DNA of 32,000 nt, from contig NZ_CP010904.1 in assembly GCF_001017655.1 (NCBI RefSeq), forward strand, positions 1,500,001 through 1,532,000. Direction: 5' to 3'. This document shows positions 10,101-17,537 of this stretch, in pieces. The stretch is from Kiritimatiella glycovorans (GTDB lineage Bacteria; Verrucomicrobiota; Kiritimatiellia; Kiritimatiellales; Kiritimatiellaceae). The position numbers and the translations under genes were made by a program. The notes under the pieces are model-generated. The model was not told the DNA's origin and did not search any database. It saw only the letters and a list, made by a program, of their open reading frames with translations. Within the stretch, counting starts at the first letter, position 1. Every line of letters begins with the position of its first letter.

Positions 10101-11667
10101 ACCAGTAGAGGAGCTGCGGTTTTTCGGACAGCACCGCCAGCGGCTGGTCCGATCCCATCGAGCCGACCGGTTCATGGGCGCTCGAGGCCATGCCCGCGAG
10201 CAGGAGCTGGAGGTCCTCGCGCGTGTAACCGAAGATCTTCTGGCGCTGAAGGATCGTGGCCGCATCCGTCTCGACCGGGGCGACCGCGCCGAAGAACCCG
10301 TGGATCCGGATCTTGTTCTCCTCCACCCAGCGGCGGTAGGGCCGCCGGTGCGCCAAGTGCATCTTGATCTCGAAATCGGTGAGGATCCGCTGTTCGTCGA
10401 GGTCGAGGAGCATCATCTGGCCCGGGCGCAGCGCCCCGCGCTCGGCGACCTCTTCGATCGGGATATCGAGCACGCCCGCCTCCGAGGCGAAGACCACGAA
10501 GCCGTCCTTGGTGACCGTGTACCGCGCGGGACGCAGGCCGTTGCGGTCCAGCGATGCGCCGACGTAGCGTCCGTCGGTGAACGCCACCGCCGCCGGGCCG
10601 TCCCACGGCTCCATCAGCCCGGCGTGATATTCAAAGAAGCCGCGCAGATCCGGGCCGAGCGGGTACTTCTCGCCCCACGCCTGGGGGATCATCATCATGA
10701 GAGCGTGATGGACGTCGCGTCCGCCCTGCGTGAGCAGTTCGACCACGTTGTCGAGGCTCGCCGAATCGCTGCCGCCCTCCTCGATGACCGGAGCGAGTTT
10801 GCGGATATCCCGCCCGAAGAGATCCGACTCGAGGTTGCGTTCGCGCGACCGCATCCAGTTGCGGTTGCCGCGCAGCGTATTGATCTCGCCGTTGTGCGCG
10901 AGGTAGCGGAACGGCTGAGCGAGCGGCCAGGAGGGGAACGTGTTGGTGCTGTACCGCTGGTGGACCACCGCGACCGCACTGGTGAACGCCTCGTCGTTGA
11001 GATCCGCGTAAAACCCGGTGACCTGGCCCGGAAGCATCAGGCCTTTGTAGACGATCGTGCGGGCGGACCAGCTCGGGATGTAAAATCCGTCCTCTTCCGG
11101 CATCCGTTCGGCGACGCGGCGTTCCACCTGCTTGCGCAGGACGTACAGCTTCCGCTCCAGCTCCGCGCCCGTTCGCCCCGCACCGACGGTAAAACACTGC
11201 TCGACCCGGGGAACCTCGCGCCGCCCCAGCTCGCCGAGCACCGAGGCGTCGGTGGGGACCTCGCGCCAGCCCGGACACTCCAGCCCCTCCTCCGCCGTCA
11301 CCTCCTCAATCAGTTCACGGCATAACGCGGCGCGCTCCGCATCCTGCGGCATGAAAATCATCCCGACCCCGTACGCCCCGGCCTCCGGCAGTTCGATGTC
11401 CAGCGCCGACGCCTCGCGCCGGAAAAAGGGGTCGCAGAGCTGTACCAGCACCCCCGCCCCGTCGCCCGTCTCCGGGTCCGCCCCCGTCGCCCCGCGATGC
11501 AGCAGATTCTCCAGTACCTCGATACTCGCCTCGACGATCCGACGCGTCGGCCGGCCGTCCATGTTCGCCACAAACCCCACTCCGCAGTTGTCATGATGAT
11601 GACGCGGATCATAGAGCCCGACCGCCCCGCCCCGCCCCCGAATCATCCCGCTGCCTCCTGCCTTCAT
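7114..11667 (-). CDS. gltB: Glutamate synthase large subunit
   Basis: 1517 aa. N-terminal amidotransferase Cys in NCGVGFVANMDG, FMN/synthase domain (SGEGGEDPARY, ISGYDGGTGASP), and C-terminal GXGXG beta-helix region. ATG at 11667 preceded by GGGAGAG. Confidence 0.95.
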   Translation of the reverse strand: MKAGGSGMIRGRGGAVGLYDPRHHHDNCGVGFVANMDGRPTRRIVEASIEVLENLLHRGATGADPETGDGAGVLVQLCDPFFRREASALDIELPEAGAYGVGMIFMPQDAERAALCRELIEEVTAEEGLECPGWREVPTDASVLGELGRREVPRVEQCFTVGAGRTGAELERKLYVLRKQVERRVAERMPEEDGFYIPSWSARTIVYKGLMLPGQVTGFYADLNDEAFTSAVAVVHQRYSTNTFPSWPLAQPFRYLAHNGEINTLRGNRNWMRSRERNLESDLFGRDIRKLAPVIEEGGSDSASLDNVVELLTQGGRDVHHALMMMIPQAWGEKYPLGPDLRGFFEYHAGLMEPWDGPAAVAFTDGRYVGASLDRNGLRPARYTVTKDGFVVFASEAGVLDIPIEEVAERGALRPGQMMLLDLDEQRILTDFEIKMHLAHRRPYRRWVEENKIRIHGFFGAVAPVETDAATILQRQKIFGYTREDLQLLLAGMASSAHEPVGSMGSDQPLAVLSEKPQLLYWYFKQLFAQVTNPPIDPIREELVMSLMTFIGNPDQILTEVPQHARLVKLDHPILSNEDLERIRSLNLPDFRCVTLPMLFPAGGEGEVLEEAIETLCAHAETSVRAGHRILVLSDRDADADRAPIPALLAVAAVNRHLVERGLRTSISVLVETGEAREVMHMALLLGYGASAINPWLAFESVAQMARRGDLSRDCGVCKALEHYIKANCKGLMKIMSKQGISTLRSYRSAQIFEAVGLNQRVIDRFFTGTPSRIEGIGLDEIAREANERHRAAFAPHPRAANILPAGGQYRYRNDGERHLWTPETISLLQRAARENDPGLYREYARRINDQTEHQSTLRGLFSFRETAPVALEEVEPAAEIARRFVTGAMSFGSISREAHETLAVAMNRLGGMSNSGEGGEDPARYEPLPGGDSRCSAIKQIASGRFGVTAEYLVHARELQIKIAQGAKPGEGGQLPGHKVNGEIARVRHSTPGVTLISPPPHHDIYSIEDIAQLIYDLKNANDEARVSVKLVSEVGVGTVAAGVAKGHADMILISGYDGGTGASPLSSIKHTGMPWELGLAETQQTLVANELRSRVRLQVDGQMKTGRDVVVGALLGAEEFGFATAALIVCGCVMMRKCHNNTCPVGIATQDPELRRRYTGRPEHVVNFLLMVAEEVRELMAQLGFRTMDAMVGRSDLLAMNRAIGFWKARGLDFSQIFYRADAPPEAVRCTIPQDHGLNEAVDYGLLPRIERALERKEPVELDLPVRNTHRTLGTILSSRIARRYGMEGLPDGTVTLRCRGSAGQSFAAFAARGMTFLLEGEANDYLGKGLSGARIIVRPPQGATFMPSEQIIAGNVALYGATCGELYLNGQAGERFAIRNSGARAVVEGIGDHGCEYMTGGRIVVLGPTGVNFGAGMSGGLAYVYDETGMFDDKCNLEMIDLELVEEEEDERELRELIEQHRQYTGSPKAAYILEHWDACRRRFIKVFPMEYRRVLGRMSREDEATEREEVMTR

Positions 11668-11699
11668 GATGCGCTCTCCCGTCCCTTAAATAGGAGTAC

Positions 11700-11728
11700 A
11701 TTAAGGGGGTATAGCCCCGTTCCGTCAA
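11700..11728 (-). promoter_or_regulatory. Candidate sigma-70 promoter for gltBD
   Basis: On the minus strand: TTGACG (11728-11723), a 17-bp spacer, then CTTAAT (11705-11700), about 35 nt upstream of the gltB ATG. Pattern match only. Confidence 0.3.
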
Positions 11729-11825
11729 TATCAAAGATCATTCAATTTCATACTTGTTTTTAGCAATCCTCTATAATACATTTTTGTACGCGTCTATTCA
11801 AATGTCTCAATATTGGAGCACTGAT

Positions 11826-13364
11826 ATGGTGAAGGAAGAGCAGATAGAGCTTGAAGTTCTGTATCGTATCTCGCAGGCGGTGACGGGTCAGGCGTCCGGG
11901 GTGAAGGAGCTGCTGGGCGAAGTTCTGGACATCATGGAGTCGGAGATGCAGGTTTCGCGGAGCACGCTGACGCTGCGGAGGCCGGACTCGGACATCTTTG
12001 TGATTGAGGCCTCGCACGGCCTTTCTTCGCGGGAGCGCGGGCGCGGGCAGTACCGGCTGGGGGAAGGGATCACGGGGCAGGTGGCGCAGACGGGCAAGCC
12101 GGCGGTGATCCCGAACGCGAGCAAGGAGCCGTCTTTCCTGGACCGGACGCGGGCGCGGGGGAGTGCGCCGGTGGCGTTCATCTGTGTACCGATCGTCCAC
12201 AACAAGCAGGTGATCGGGACGATGAGCGTCGACCTCACGACGCGGGCGCATCACGAGGATCTGCAGCGGTATCTCCGTTTTCTCGAGCTGGTGGCGAACG
12301 TGCTGGCCGAGGCGGTGGCGAACATGCGCGAGGAGAAGGAGGAGCGCGAGGGGCTGCTGGCGGAGAACGAGCGGCTGCGGCGGCAGCTGGGCGACCGGTA
12401 CAGCCTGGACAACATCGTGGGAAACTGCCACACGATGCGACAGGTCTACGAGCAGATCGCGCAGGTGGCGGAGAGCCCGGCGAACGTATTGATCCGCGGC
12501 GAGTCGGGCACGGGCAAGGAGCTGGTCGCGCGGGCGGTCCATTACAACAGTTCGCGTGCGAACAACCCGTTCATCAGCGTCAACTGCGCCGCCCTGCCCC
12601 AGAACCTGGTGGAGAGCGAGCTGTTCGGCCACGAGAAGGGATCGTTCACGGGGGCGACCAGTGAGCGGAAGGGACGTTTCGAGCTGGCGGACAGCGGGAC
12701 GATCTTTCTGGATGAGATCGGGGATATCGATTTGGCCGTCCAGGTGCGGCTGCTGCGTGTCCTTCAGGAGCGCACGTTCGAGCGGGTCGGCGGGACGAAG
12801 AGCCTGGAGGTCAACGTACGGGTGATCGCGGCGACGAGCCGGGATCTGGAGCATGCGATCAGCGACGGGGGATTTCGCGAGGATCTGTACTATCGGCTGA
12901 ACGTCTTCCCGATCTTCCTGCCGCCGCTACGCGAGCGGCGCTCGGACATCATGCTGCTGGCGGACCATTTTCTGCAGAAGTACAGCGAGCGCTACGGGAA
13001 ACAGATCAAGCGCATCTCGACCTCGGCGATCAACATGATGATGGCGTACCACTGGCCCGGAAACGTGCGCGAACTGGAGAACTGCATCGAGCGTGCCGTG
13101 CTGACCTCGTCCGACGACGTCGTGCACGGCTATAACCTGCCGCCTTCGCTGCAGACCAGTGAGCGGACGCAGACCGATCTTTTGCCGGAGGAGGGCGCGG
13201 ACCTCAAGACGATGGTCGCCTCGTACGAGAAGGAGATCCTGATCGATGCGCTCAAGAAGCACCGCGGCAATGCCGCGGCCGCGGCGCGCTACCTGAACAC
13301 CACGCAGCGGATCATCAACTACCGGATCAGGCAGCTCGGCATTGACGCGAAGCAGTATCGGTGA
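11826..13364 (+). CDS. Sigma-54-dependent transcriptional activator with N-terminal GAF domain (NifA-like architecture)
   Basis: ORF 11754..13364. Start set to ATG 11826 ([11 protein letters not shown]), 7 nt after GGAG. Contains a GAF region, an AAA+ core with [15 protein letters not shown] and GSFTGA (a GAFTGA variant), and a C-terminal Fis-type HTH ([22 protein letters not shown]). Confidence 0.9.
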   Translation: MVKEEQIELEVLYRISQAVTGQASGVKELLGEVLDIMESEMQVSRSTLTLRRPDSDIFVIEASHGLSSRERGRGQYRLGEGITGQVAQTGKPAVIPNASKEPSFLDRTRARGSAPVAFICVPIVHNKQVIGTMSVDLTTRAHHEDLQRYLRFLELVANVLAEAVANMREEKEEREGLLAENERLRRQLGDRYSLDNIVGNCHTMRQVYEQIAQVAESPANVLIRGESGTGKELVARAVHYNSSRANNPFISVNCAALPQNLVESELFGHEKGSFTGATSERKGRFELADSGTIFLDEIGDIDLAVQVRLLRVLQERTFERVGGTKSLEVNVRVIAATSRDLEHAISDGGFREDLYYRLNVFPIFLPPLRERRSDIMLLADHFLQKYSERYGKQIKRISTSAINMMMAYHWPGNVRELENCIERAVLTSSDDVVHGYNLPPSLQTSERTQTDLLPEEGADLKTMVASYEKEILIDALKKHRGNAAAAARYLNTTQRIINYRIRQLGIDAKQYR

Positions 13365-13377
13365 AAACACGCCTTTC

Positions 13378-13414
13378 GAAGGTCGGGGCCTCGAGCCCTT
13401 TTTCACCTTTTTCT
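13378..13414 (+). terminator. Possible intrinsic terminator after the sigma-54 activator gene
   Basis: GAAGGU..ACCUUU outer stem and GGGC-CUCGA-GCCC inner stem, followed by U-runs (UUUUU, then UUUUU). The stems are short. Confidence 0.35.
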
Positions 13415-13642
13415 GCAGCGGATCCGCCGCAACGCGACCAGCCCGGCACAGGATCTCCTCCTCGCGATGTTACAGGGCTTCGCCCGATCCCGGGGCCGGC
13501 GGCGGGCGGTGAAACGACTGGACGACCTGGCGTGCGATGGATGCGGGCATCGGCGAGGGCACCGACGCGCCGTCCACGACGAGTCCGCCTATACAGCGGA
13601 AGATCCGGAACATTCACAGGCTGGGCGACGGGCGGCGTCGGA

Positions 13643-14437
13643 TCACAGCAGGGAGCGGAGATGCTCCGGTGTCAACAGGGCGGCTTCTCCCGGACGCTCG
13701 AGAAACGGCTCGACGTCGGAGACGATCACGTCGAAATCGACGGTGTCGATCTGCTCCCGCACCAGCCGGCGCCAGTCCGCGGCCCGGGGTGACGGTTGAT
13801 CCCCGGTCTGATCGAGAGCGTTCTGCAGGAGAACGGTATTGGGTTCGACGGGGGGTCTCTGCCCGAGGTACCAGAGCAGGTCGTACCAGTCGCGACCTTT
13901 TGCGTATTTCCGGGTCAGCAGGGCGTGCAGTTTGCCCGCCATAAGCGACGCGGGATCGTAATGCCGGAGCGCGAACATGACATGACGATGGATCACCGTC
14001 CGAATCGATGCGGCCCCCGCGGGCGGATTCGTGTCGATCTCAATCTTGATCGAGAGGTTCTGACGATCCATAGGTGAAAGTCCGAGTTCCTTCAACACGC
14101 CCGCGAACCTGATCCAACCCGTATGTACGGTTTTGCGTTCGTTCCAGGTGACCGATAGATCGAACCCCGCCAGTAACAGATCCCGTTTGATCTTCTGCAT
14201 CCACGGACGGGGACCGTAACCCTCCGGCGTTTCAAGGGTGAAGTCGAGATCCTCGGAATATCGGCCTAATCCATAAGCGAACCGCAGCGCAGTTCCCCCC
14301 ACAAAAGCAATGCGGGTGAACGCCTCGCTCTCGTGCAGGGACCTCATGGTCAGGGCCTGAAGATACTCGCGCAACAGGTTAAGCCTCCGCTCCGGGCGAT
14401 CCGCGGTCCGCGCAATGGCCAACGCCTGTTCTTTCAC
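13643..14437 (-). CDS. abiEii: AbiEii/AbiGii-family nucleotidyltransferase toxin (type IV toxin-antitoxin / abortive infection)
   Basis: ORF 13643..14482 with FVGGTALRFAYGLGRYSEDLDF (DUF1814 NTase motifs). Start set to GTG 14437, which overlaps the upstream stop as GTGA. Confidence 0.85.
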   Translation of the reverse strand: MKEQALAIARTADRPERRLNLLREYLQALTMRSLHESEAFTRIAFVGGTALRFAYGLGRYSEDLDFTLETPEGYGPRPWMQKIKRDLLLAGFDLSVTWNERKTVHTGWIRFAGVLKELGLSPMDRQNLSIKIEIDTNPPAGAASIRTVIHRHVMFALRHYDPASLMAGKLHALLTRKYAKGRDWYDLLWYLGQRPPVEPNTVLLQNALDQTGDQPSPRAADWRRLVREQIDTVDFDVIVSDVEPFLERPGEAALLTPEHLRSLL

Positions 14438-15075
14438 AACACCTCCCCTCCTCCCCGAACCTCTTCGGCATATAAAGTCCATACCCCCGCGGCCCGCCGG
14501 AGGCGGGGTGAATCATACTGGCGCGCGAACGCCTCAAGGCGAGCGGAATCCACAACCTCCGTGTTCTGGAACCGCATCGATTCCATACGCTCCAGGGTCC
14601 ATTCCCCTGAATCGAGGTACCACAGATCGAGCAACGCCTTTTCAGGATGCGCCATCAGCACGGACGCCCCGCCCGTTTCCACGGAACGATACCCGAAGAA
14701 AGCGGATCGCTTGAGATGCCGATAGCGGTAACGTCCGTACGGGTTCTCAAAAGTCCGCGGCCGACGCGTCGTCACGGCCGTGTACTGCGCGGTCATCTCC
14801 GGAATCAGTCCATACCATGAGAGCGCCCACTGCCGGCTGAGATACGAGGGCGCGTAGAGTGCGTTGCTGAGCGCGGCGGGATTAAGCCGCGTCCGGCGAT
14901 ACGTCTCCGCCAACGTATACATGCCCCGCCGAAGCGCGATTACCCGTCCCGCCCTCCTCCACGCATAGAGCCGCGTCCGTAGATGTTCCCGCGGCTCGGC
15001 CGAGAGCTGAACCAGTGTGGCAAAATCGAACCAGGCCCATCCCCCCGCATATTCAAGCAGCTCTTCAAATCTCAT
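14434..15075 (-). CDS. abiEi: AbiEi-family antitoxin / transcriptional regulator
   Basis: 213 aa directly upstream of and 4-nt overlapping abiEii. N-terminal winged-helix-like region (LYAWRRAGRVIALRRGMY) plus the C-terminal domain typical of AbiEi partners. ATG at 15075. Confidence 0.75.
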   Translation of the reverse strand: MRFEELLEYAGGWAWFDFATLVQLSAEPREHLRTRLYAWRRAGRVIALRRGMYTLAETYRRTRLNPAALSNALYAPSYLSRQWALSWYGLIPEMTAQYTAVTTRRPRTFENPYGRYRYRHLKRSAFFGYRSVETGGASVLMAHPEKALLDLWYLDSGEWTLERMESMRFQNTEVVDSARLEAFARQYDSPRLRRAAGVWTLYAEEVRGGGEVL

Positions 15076-15082
15076 GGTCGTT

Positions 15083-15135
15083 AATATATGATCTTATACA
15101 TTATATTCTATATTTATCGGTAAAAAATTTGTCAC
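15083..15135 (-). promoter_or_regulatory. AT-rich abiE promoter candidate with inverted repeat (possible AbiEi operator)
   Basis: Minus strand: GTGACA (15135-15130), 17 bp, TATAGA (15112-15107). An imperfect inverted repeat AATATATG (15083-15090) / CATTATATT (15099-15107) sits between the -10 and the ATG. Pattern match only. Confidence 0.3.
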
Positions 15136-15242
15136 ACGATTCTTTCAGGTTCTTCGCAATTTTCGGTCTTTGTAGATTTTTATGGTGAGCGACGGGAAAT
15201 CCGCACTTCGGGATCGCTCATTCGTGAACCGCCCCCGATACG

Positions 15243-15277
15243 CGCCTTCGACGCTCCGAGTACGCGTACGAGTAAGA
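15243..15277 (+). repeat. GTAC-hexamer repeat unit, copy 1
   Basis: CGCCTTCGACGCTCCGAGTACGCGTACGAGTAAGA. 30/32 identical to 17244-17275. Contains the palindrome GTACGCGTAC. Confidence 0.7.
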
Positions 15278-15358
15278 ATCACGTTCTCTGTGATCACTGT
15301 GGTTTATCTGCCGTTCGGCCCGGGAGATGATTGTCACCACAGCGATAGGATGAGAAGG

Positions 15359-15399
15359 CGGGGATGTCCCGAATCCTGTTGAAACTCGTTGGCGGTCTC
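15359..15399. repeat. IS256-family terminal inverted repeat (transposase-distal end)
   Basis: CGGGGATGTCCCGAATCCTGTTGAAACTCGTTGGCGGTCTC aligns with the reverse complement of 16965-17005. Confidence 0.65.
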
Positions 15400-16121
15400 G
15401 GTCTTCATTTCGATGTAGTTCCTTGTCATTCACTTGTCCAGTCCCTGTTCGGCAGTTCGCTTCGCTCTCTGCCTGGGGGTGAGGCGTCGTGGAGTGGAGC
15501 CCGTTCCCGCCGGAGGCGGGATGGCCCGGAGGGCCAAGGGCGGAGCGGAGCGACGCCTCAACAGCTTCCGATGGCCAGCCCAGGGATTTCAAAAGCACCG
15601 GGATCTGACGATAGCCTTTGATTCGACGGAACCCTTTCTCGGCCCTCAGAAGCGAATAGGCCAGCCAGCGTTCCGCCTGATCCGTCTCTGCGCGCCAACG
15701 CTTCACCCGCCCGATTTTTGCGCGTGTGTTTCGGAACGGGTTCTCGATGCAGTTTGTGTTCGTCAACGTGGTGTGTAGAGTGGACGGCGCATTCAGCTTG
15801 TGAACCGTAATGAGCTCCTCACCGGCCTCGTGCAGGGATTCCAGGGCCTTGTGGCTGTGCCGGCTCAGAAAGCGTTCCGGATCGGCGAGTGCTTCACGTC
15901 CGGCTTCTTCGCCTTCCACGGAGCGGAGACGCTTGAAAAGGTCGCTCACGCTGCCGTGATGACGCCTGGAGAGACAACGCTTAATATTTCGTTCCTTATG
16001 CACCAGGCATCGTTGAATGCGCGCTCGCGGAAAATGCTTCAAGACGCTGTTATGAAGTGCCCGAGAACCGTCGAGAACCGCCAACGGATCGCCCTCGAAC
16101 TCAAGACCGCGGTGGACAAGC

Positions 16122-16130
16122 CGGTCGAGC
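16122..16130. repeat. Target-site duplication of the MITE (left copy)
   Basis: CGGTCGAGC, identical to 16275-16283. Confidence 0.8.
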
Positions 16131-16274
16131 CAGCGATTCTCATTATGGCTTCACCCTTTTCGGTCGGGGTGGCACCCGACCCTCCCAGTGCCCGAAAATG
16201 CGTCGGATATCGACTCGGGAGGGACGGCTGCCACGCCGTCCGCGGTCGGAATGCGGCCATAATGAGAACGGCTG
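16131..16274. mobile_element. 144-bp MITE-like element inserted in the transposase gene
   Basis: 19-bp TIRs CAGCGATTCTCATTATGGC (16131-16149) and the reverse complement of 16256-16274 (CAGCCGTTCTCATTATGGC) match at 17/19. The element has internal arm complementarity and perfect 9-bp flanking direct repeats. It carries the TGA (16151-16153) that truncates the transposase. Confidence 0.8.
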
Positions 16275-16283
16275 CGGTCGAGC
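16275..16283. repeat. Target-site duplication of the MITE (right copy)
   Basis: CGGTCGAGC, identical to 16122-16130. Confidence 0.8.
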
Positions 16284-16912
16284 AATGCGTCACACACTTC
16301 TGTCGATTCCTGTGCGCCTATTTCAAAATCCAGCATAACTTTGCGGCCGTCCAGCGTAATGCCCAGCCCCACAATGGCGCTGAGATCCTCGGACAGTACA
16401 ATGCCGTCCAGCAGCATGCAGAAGAACCTCTCGGACTTCAGGTCGCGGTCACGGAGCTTCTGTATGCGCTGTCGGCCCTCGACAATCCAGGCGCGGGAAA
16501 CCCTGCTGCGTCCGGGCGCTGAATCGGGATACAAGGTTTTCTGATCACGTGAACTGACTCCGGCAGCTGTGGCACGCAAGATACGGTCACGAAGGTCGTC
16601 GGCCCTGTTGACCGCGTCGTAACTTTTAAGCCTGACCTCCTTCGATGTGTCTGCCTCATGGCGACGTACACGCGGCTTGCGGATCTCCTCATCAATACCG
16701 TCAATTCGAAGTCCTACGCGGGTTCCGCCGGCACGTCGGCAGCCTCTGTCCCCTGCCGGCTTGTAGGCCGGACCACACAATTCTGTGACCTCTTCAGCCA
16801 GAATATCGGCGATCAGGGTTCGCATTTCACCACGCAGCCAGTCACGGAAAACATCTCCTGCTGCAGACGGTTCAACTTGTCCAAGGACTTCAAGGACGCT
16901 ATTGTCACTCAT

Positions 16913-16973
16913 GGCGGTCTCCTTTCGGGTTGGTTTGCCCCGAGCGTCCAACATGGACGCTCAGGAGACCGCC
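16913..16973 (-). promoter_or_regulatory. Transposase 5' leader hairpin that sequesters the Shine-Dalgarno
   Basis: On the mRNA strand, GGCGGUCUCC (16973-16964, part of the terminal IR) is perfectly complementary to GGAGACCGCC (16922-16913), which abuts the AUG. A nested 8-bp hairpin GAGCGUCC/GGACGCUC lies at 16942-16962. Confidence 0.6.
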
Positions 16974-17005
16974 TTCAAGTTTCAACAGTCAACGGGACAC
17001 TTCCG
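16965..17005. repeat. IS256-family terminal inverted repeat (transposase-proximal end)
   Basis: Its reverse complement CGGAAGTGTCCCGTTGACTGTTGAAACTTGAAGGCGGTCTC matches 15359-15399 at 31 of 41 positions, with no gaps. Confidence 0.65.
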
Positions 17006-17243
17006 GGATGGGAGACGACAACCGTTTGTAGTAGCGCCGTAAGCCTGCCCCCGGCAGGCCAGGCGCGTGAAGATAACGGCCCTGGCCCCGCTGCGCGGAC
17101 CTGCGGGCCTACTACGAGCGTAAGATAGCGCGCACGATCTCTTTGCCTGTGCTCTTCTCATTCATCTTTGCGATCTCTGCGCCTTTGCGAGAGTCGTGTC
17201 TTGTGTTTTCGACCACGGATTACCGATGATACGGATGGGATCT

Positions 17244-17304
17244 CGCCTTCGGCGCTCCGAGTACGTGTACGAGTACCGCTGCGCTGAGTACGCGTACGGG
17301 TACG
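17244..17304 (+). repeat. GTAC-hexamer repeat, copy 2 (two tandem units)
   Basis: CGCCTTCGGCGCTCCGAGTACGTGTACGAGTAC-CGCTGCGCTGAGTACGCGTACGGGTACG, with GTAC recurring every 6 bp. Confidence 0.7.
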
Positions 17305-17372
17305 TTGCGGGGTTGTTCGCCTGTCCGTCTTCCCGGAGAGGCTCCGGATCATCGGGCACCCCGTTTTTTTGC

Positions 17373-17405
17373 GGCGGTTCTACCGGACAGCAGAACCGCC
17401 CTACC
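17373..17405 (-). repeat. REP-like element (GTAG head + hairpin)
   Basis: Minus strand: GGTAG-GGCGGTTCT-gctgtccggt-AGAACCGCC, a 9-bp perfect stem. Confidence 0.6.
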
Positions 17406-17537
17406 CTCACGCCCTGGTTCGGCCTGCGCCTCCTGGGCAGGGCGCACCCCACCGCGGTTCACTGAAATCCCGATCACTTTTCATCAAAACGGCGCCAAGG
17501 ACTGGACATTACTAATATAGTATAGTACATATTAGAT

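Larger units (their letters stand above)
15218..16912 (-). pseudogene. IS256/mutator-family transposase, interrupted by an in-frame stop carried on a MITE; no stop before the IS end
   Basis: ORFs 16151..16954 and 15218..16084 are in the same frame (16954-16084 = 870). DDE-region motifs FCMLLDGIVL, AVLDGSRAL and QRCLVHKERNI are present. ATG 16912 (MSDNSVLEV) is preceded by AAGGAG. The M at 16084 in the track is an internal TTG (Leu). The frame reads through the IS end to 15218. Confidence 0.8.
15356..17005 (-). mobile_element. IS256-family insertion sequence (about 1.65 kb including a nested MITE)
   Basis: Mutator-type transposase bounded by ~41-bp imperfect terminal inverted repeats sharing TGTCCCG-N4-CTGTTGAAACT-N4-GGCGGTCTC. 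Ends are good to about +/-5 bp. A possible degenerate 8-bp direct repeat GGATGAGA (15348-15355) / GGATGGGA (17006-17013) flanks it. Confidence 0.7.

Noticed and set aside
11754-11825. Longer start for the sigma-54 activator ([12 protein letters not shown]...).
   Set aside because: The extension runs through the AT-rich promoter region. ATG 11826 has a properly spaced GGAG and gives a sensible N-terminus.
13467-13617. Short ORFs in the 278-bp convergent spacer between the activator and abiEii, for example a 47-aa minus-strand MFRIFRCIGGLVVDG... peptide.
   Set aside because: They have no SD, no recognisable family and GC-driven composition. Treated as non-coding.
15480-15560. 81-bp GC-rich segment inside the transposase 3' region, bounded by a perfect 10-bp inverted repeat (TGAGGCGTCG / CGACGCCTCA). 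Considered as a possible second small insertion.
   Set aside because: It has no flanking direct repeat, removing it does not create a stop or restore a recognisable motif, and the arms do not extend. It may simply be local secondary structure.
15218-16084. The 288-aa ORF as an independent gene starting with M at 16084.
   Set aside because: That first codon is an in-frame TTG (Leu) of the same transposase frame as ORF 16151..16954. It is the C-terminal half of one interrupted gene.
15243-17304. GTAC-hexamer repeats considered as a CRISPR array or as coding Tyr/Ser-rich repeats (YSYAYSERRRR in ORFs 15218..16084 and 17162..17452).
   Set aside because: The 6-bp period, the lack of spacers of CRISPR size and the absence of cas genes rule out CRISPR. 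The peptide repeats come from translating non-coding repeats in ORFs with no other coding signal.
17373-17400. 9-bp-stem hairpin preceded by TTTTTTT, considered as a terminator.
   Set aside because: The T-run is on the wrong side for plus-strand termination, and on the minus strand the hairpin is followed by A-runs. It is better explained as a REP-like element with a GTAG head.
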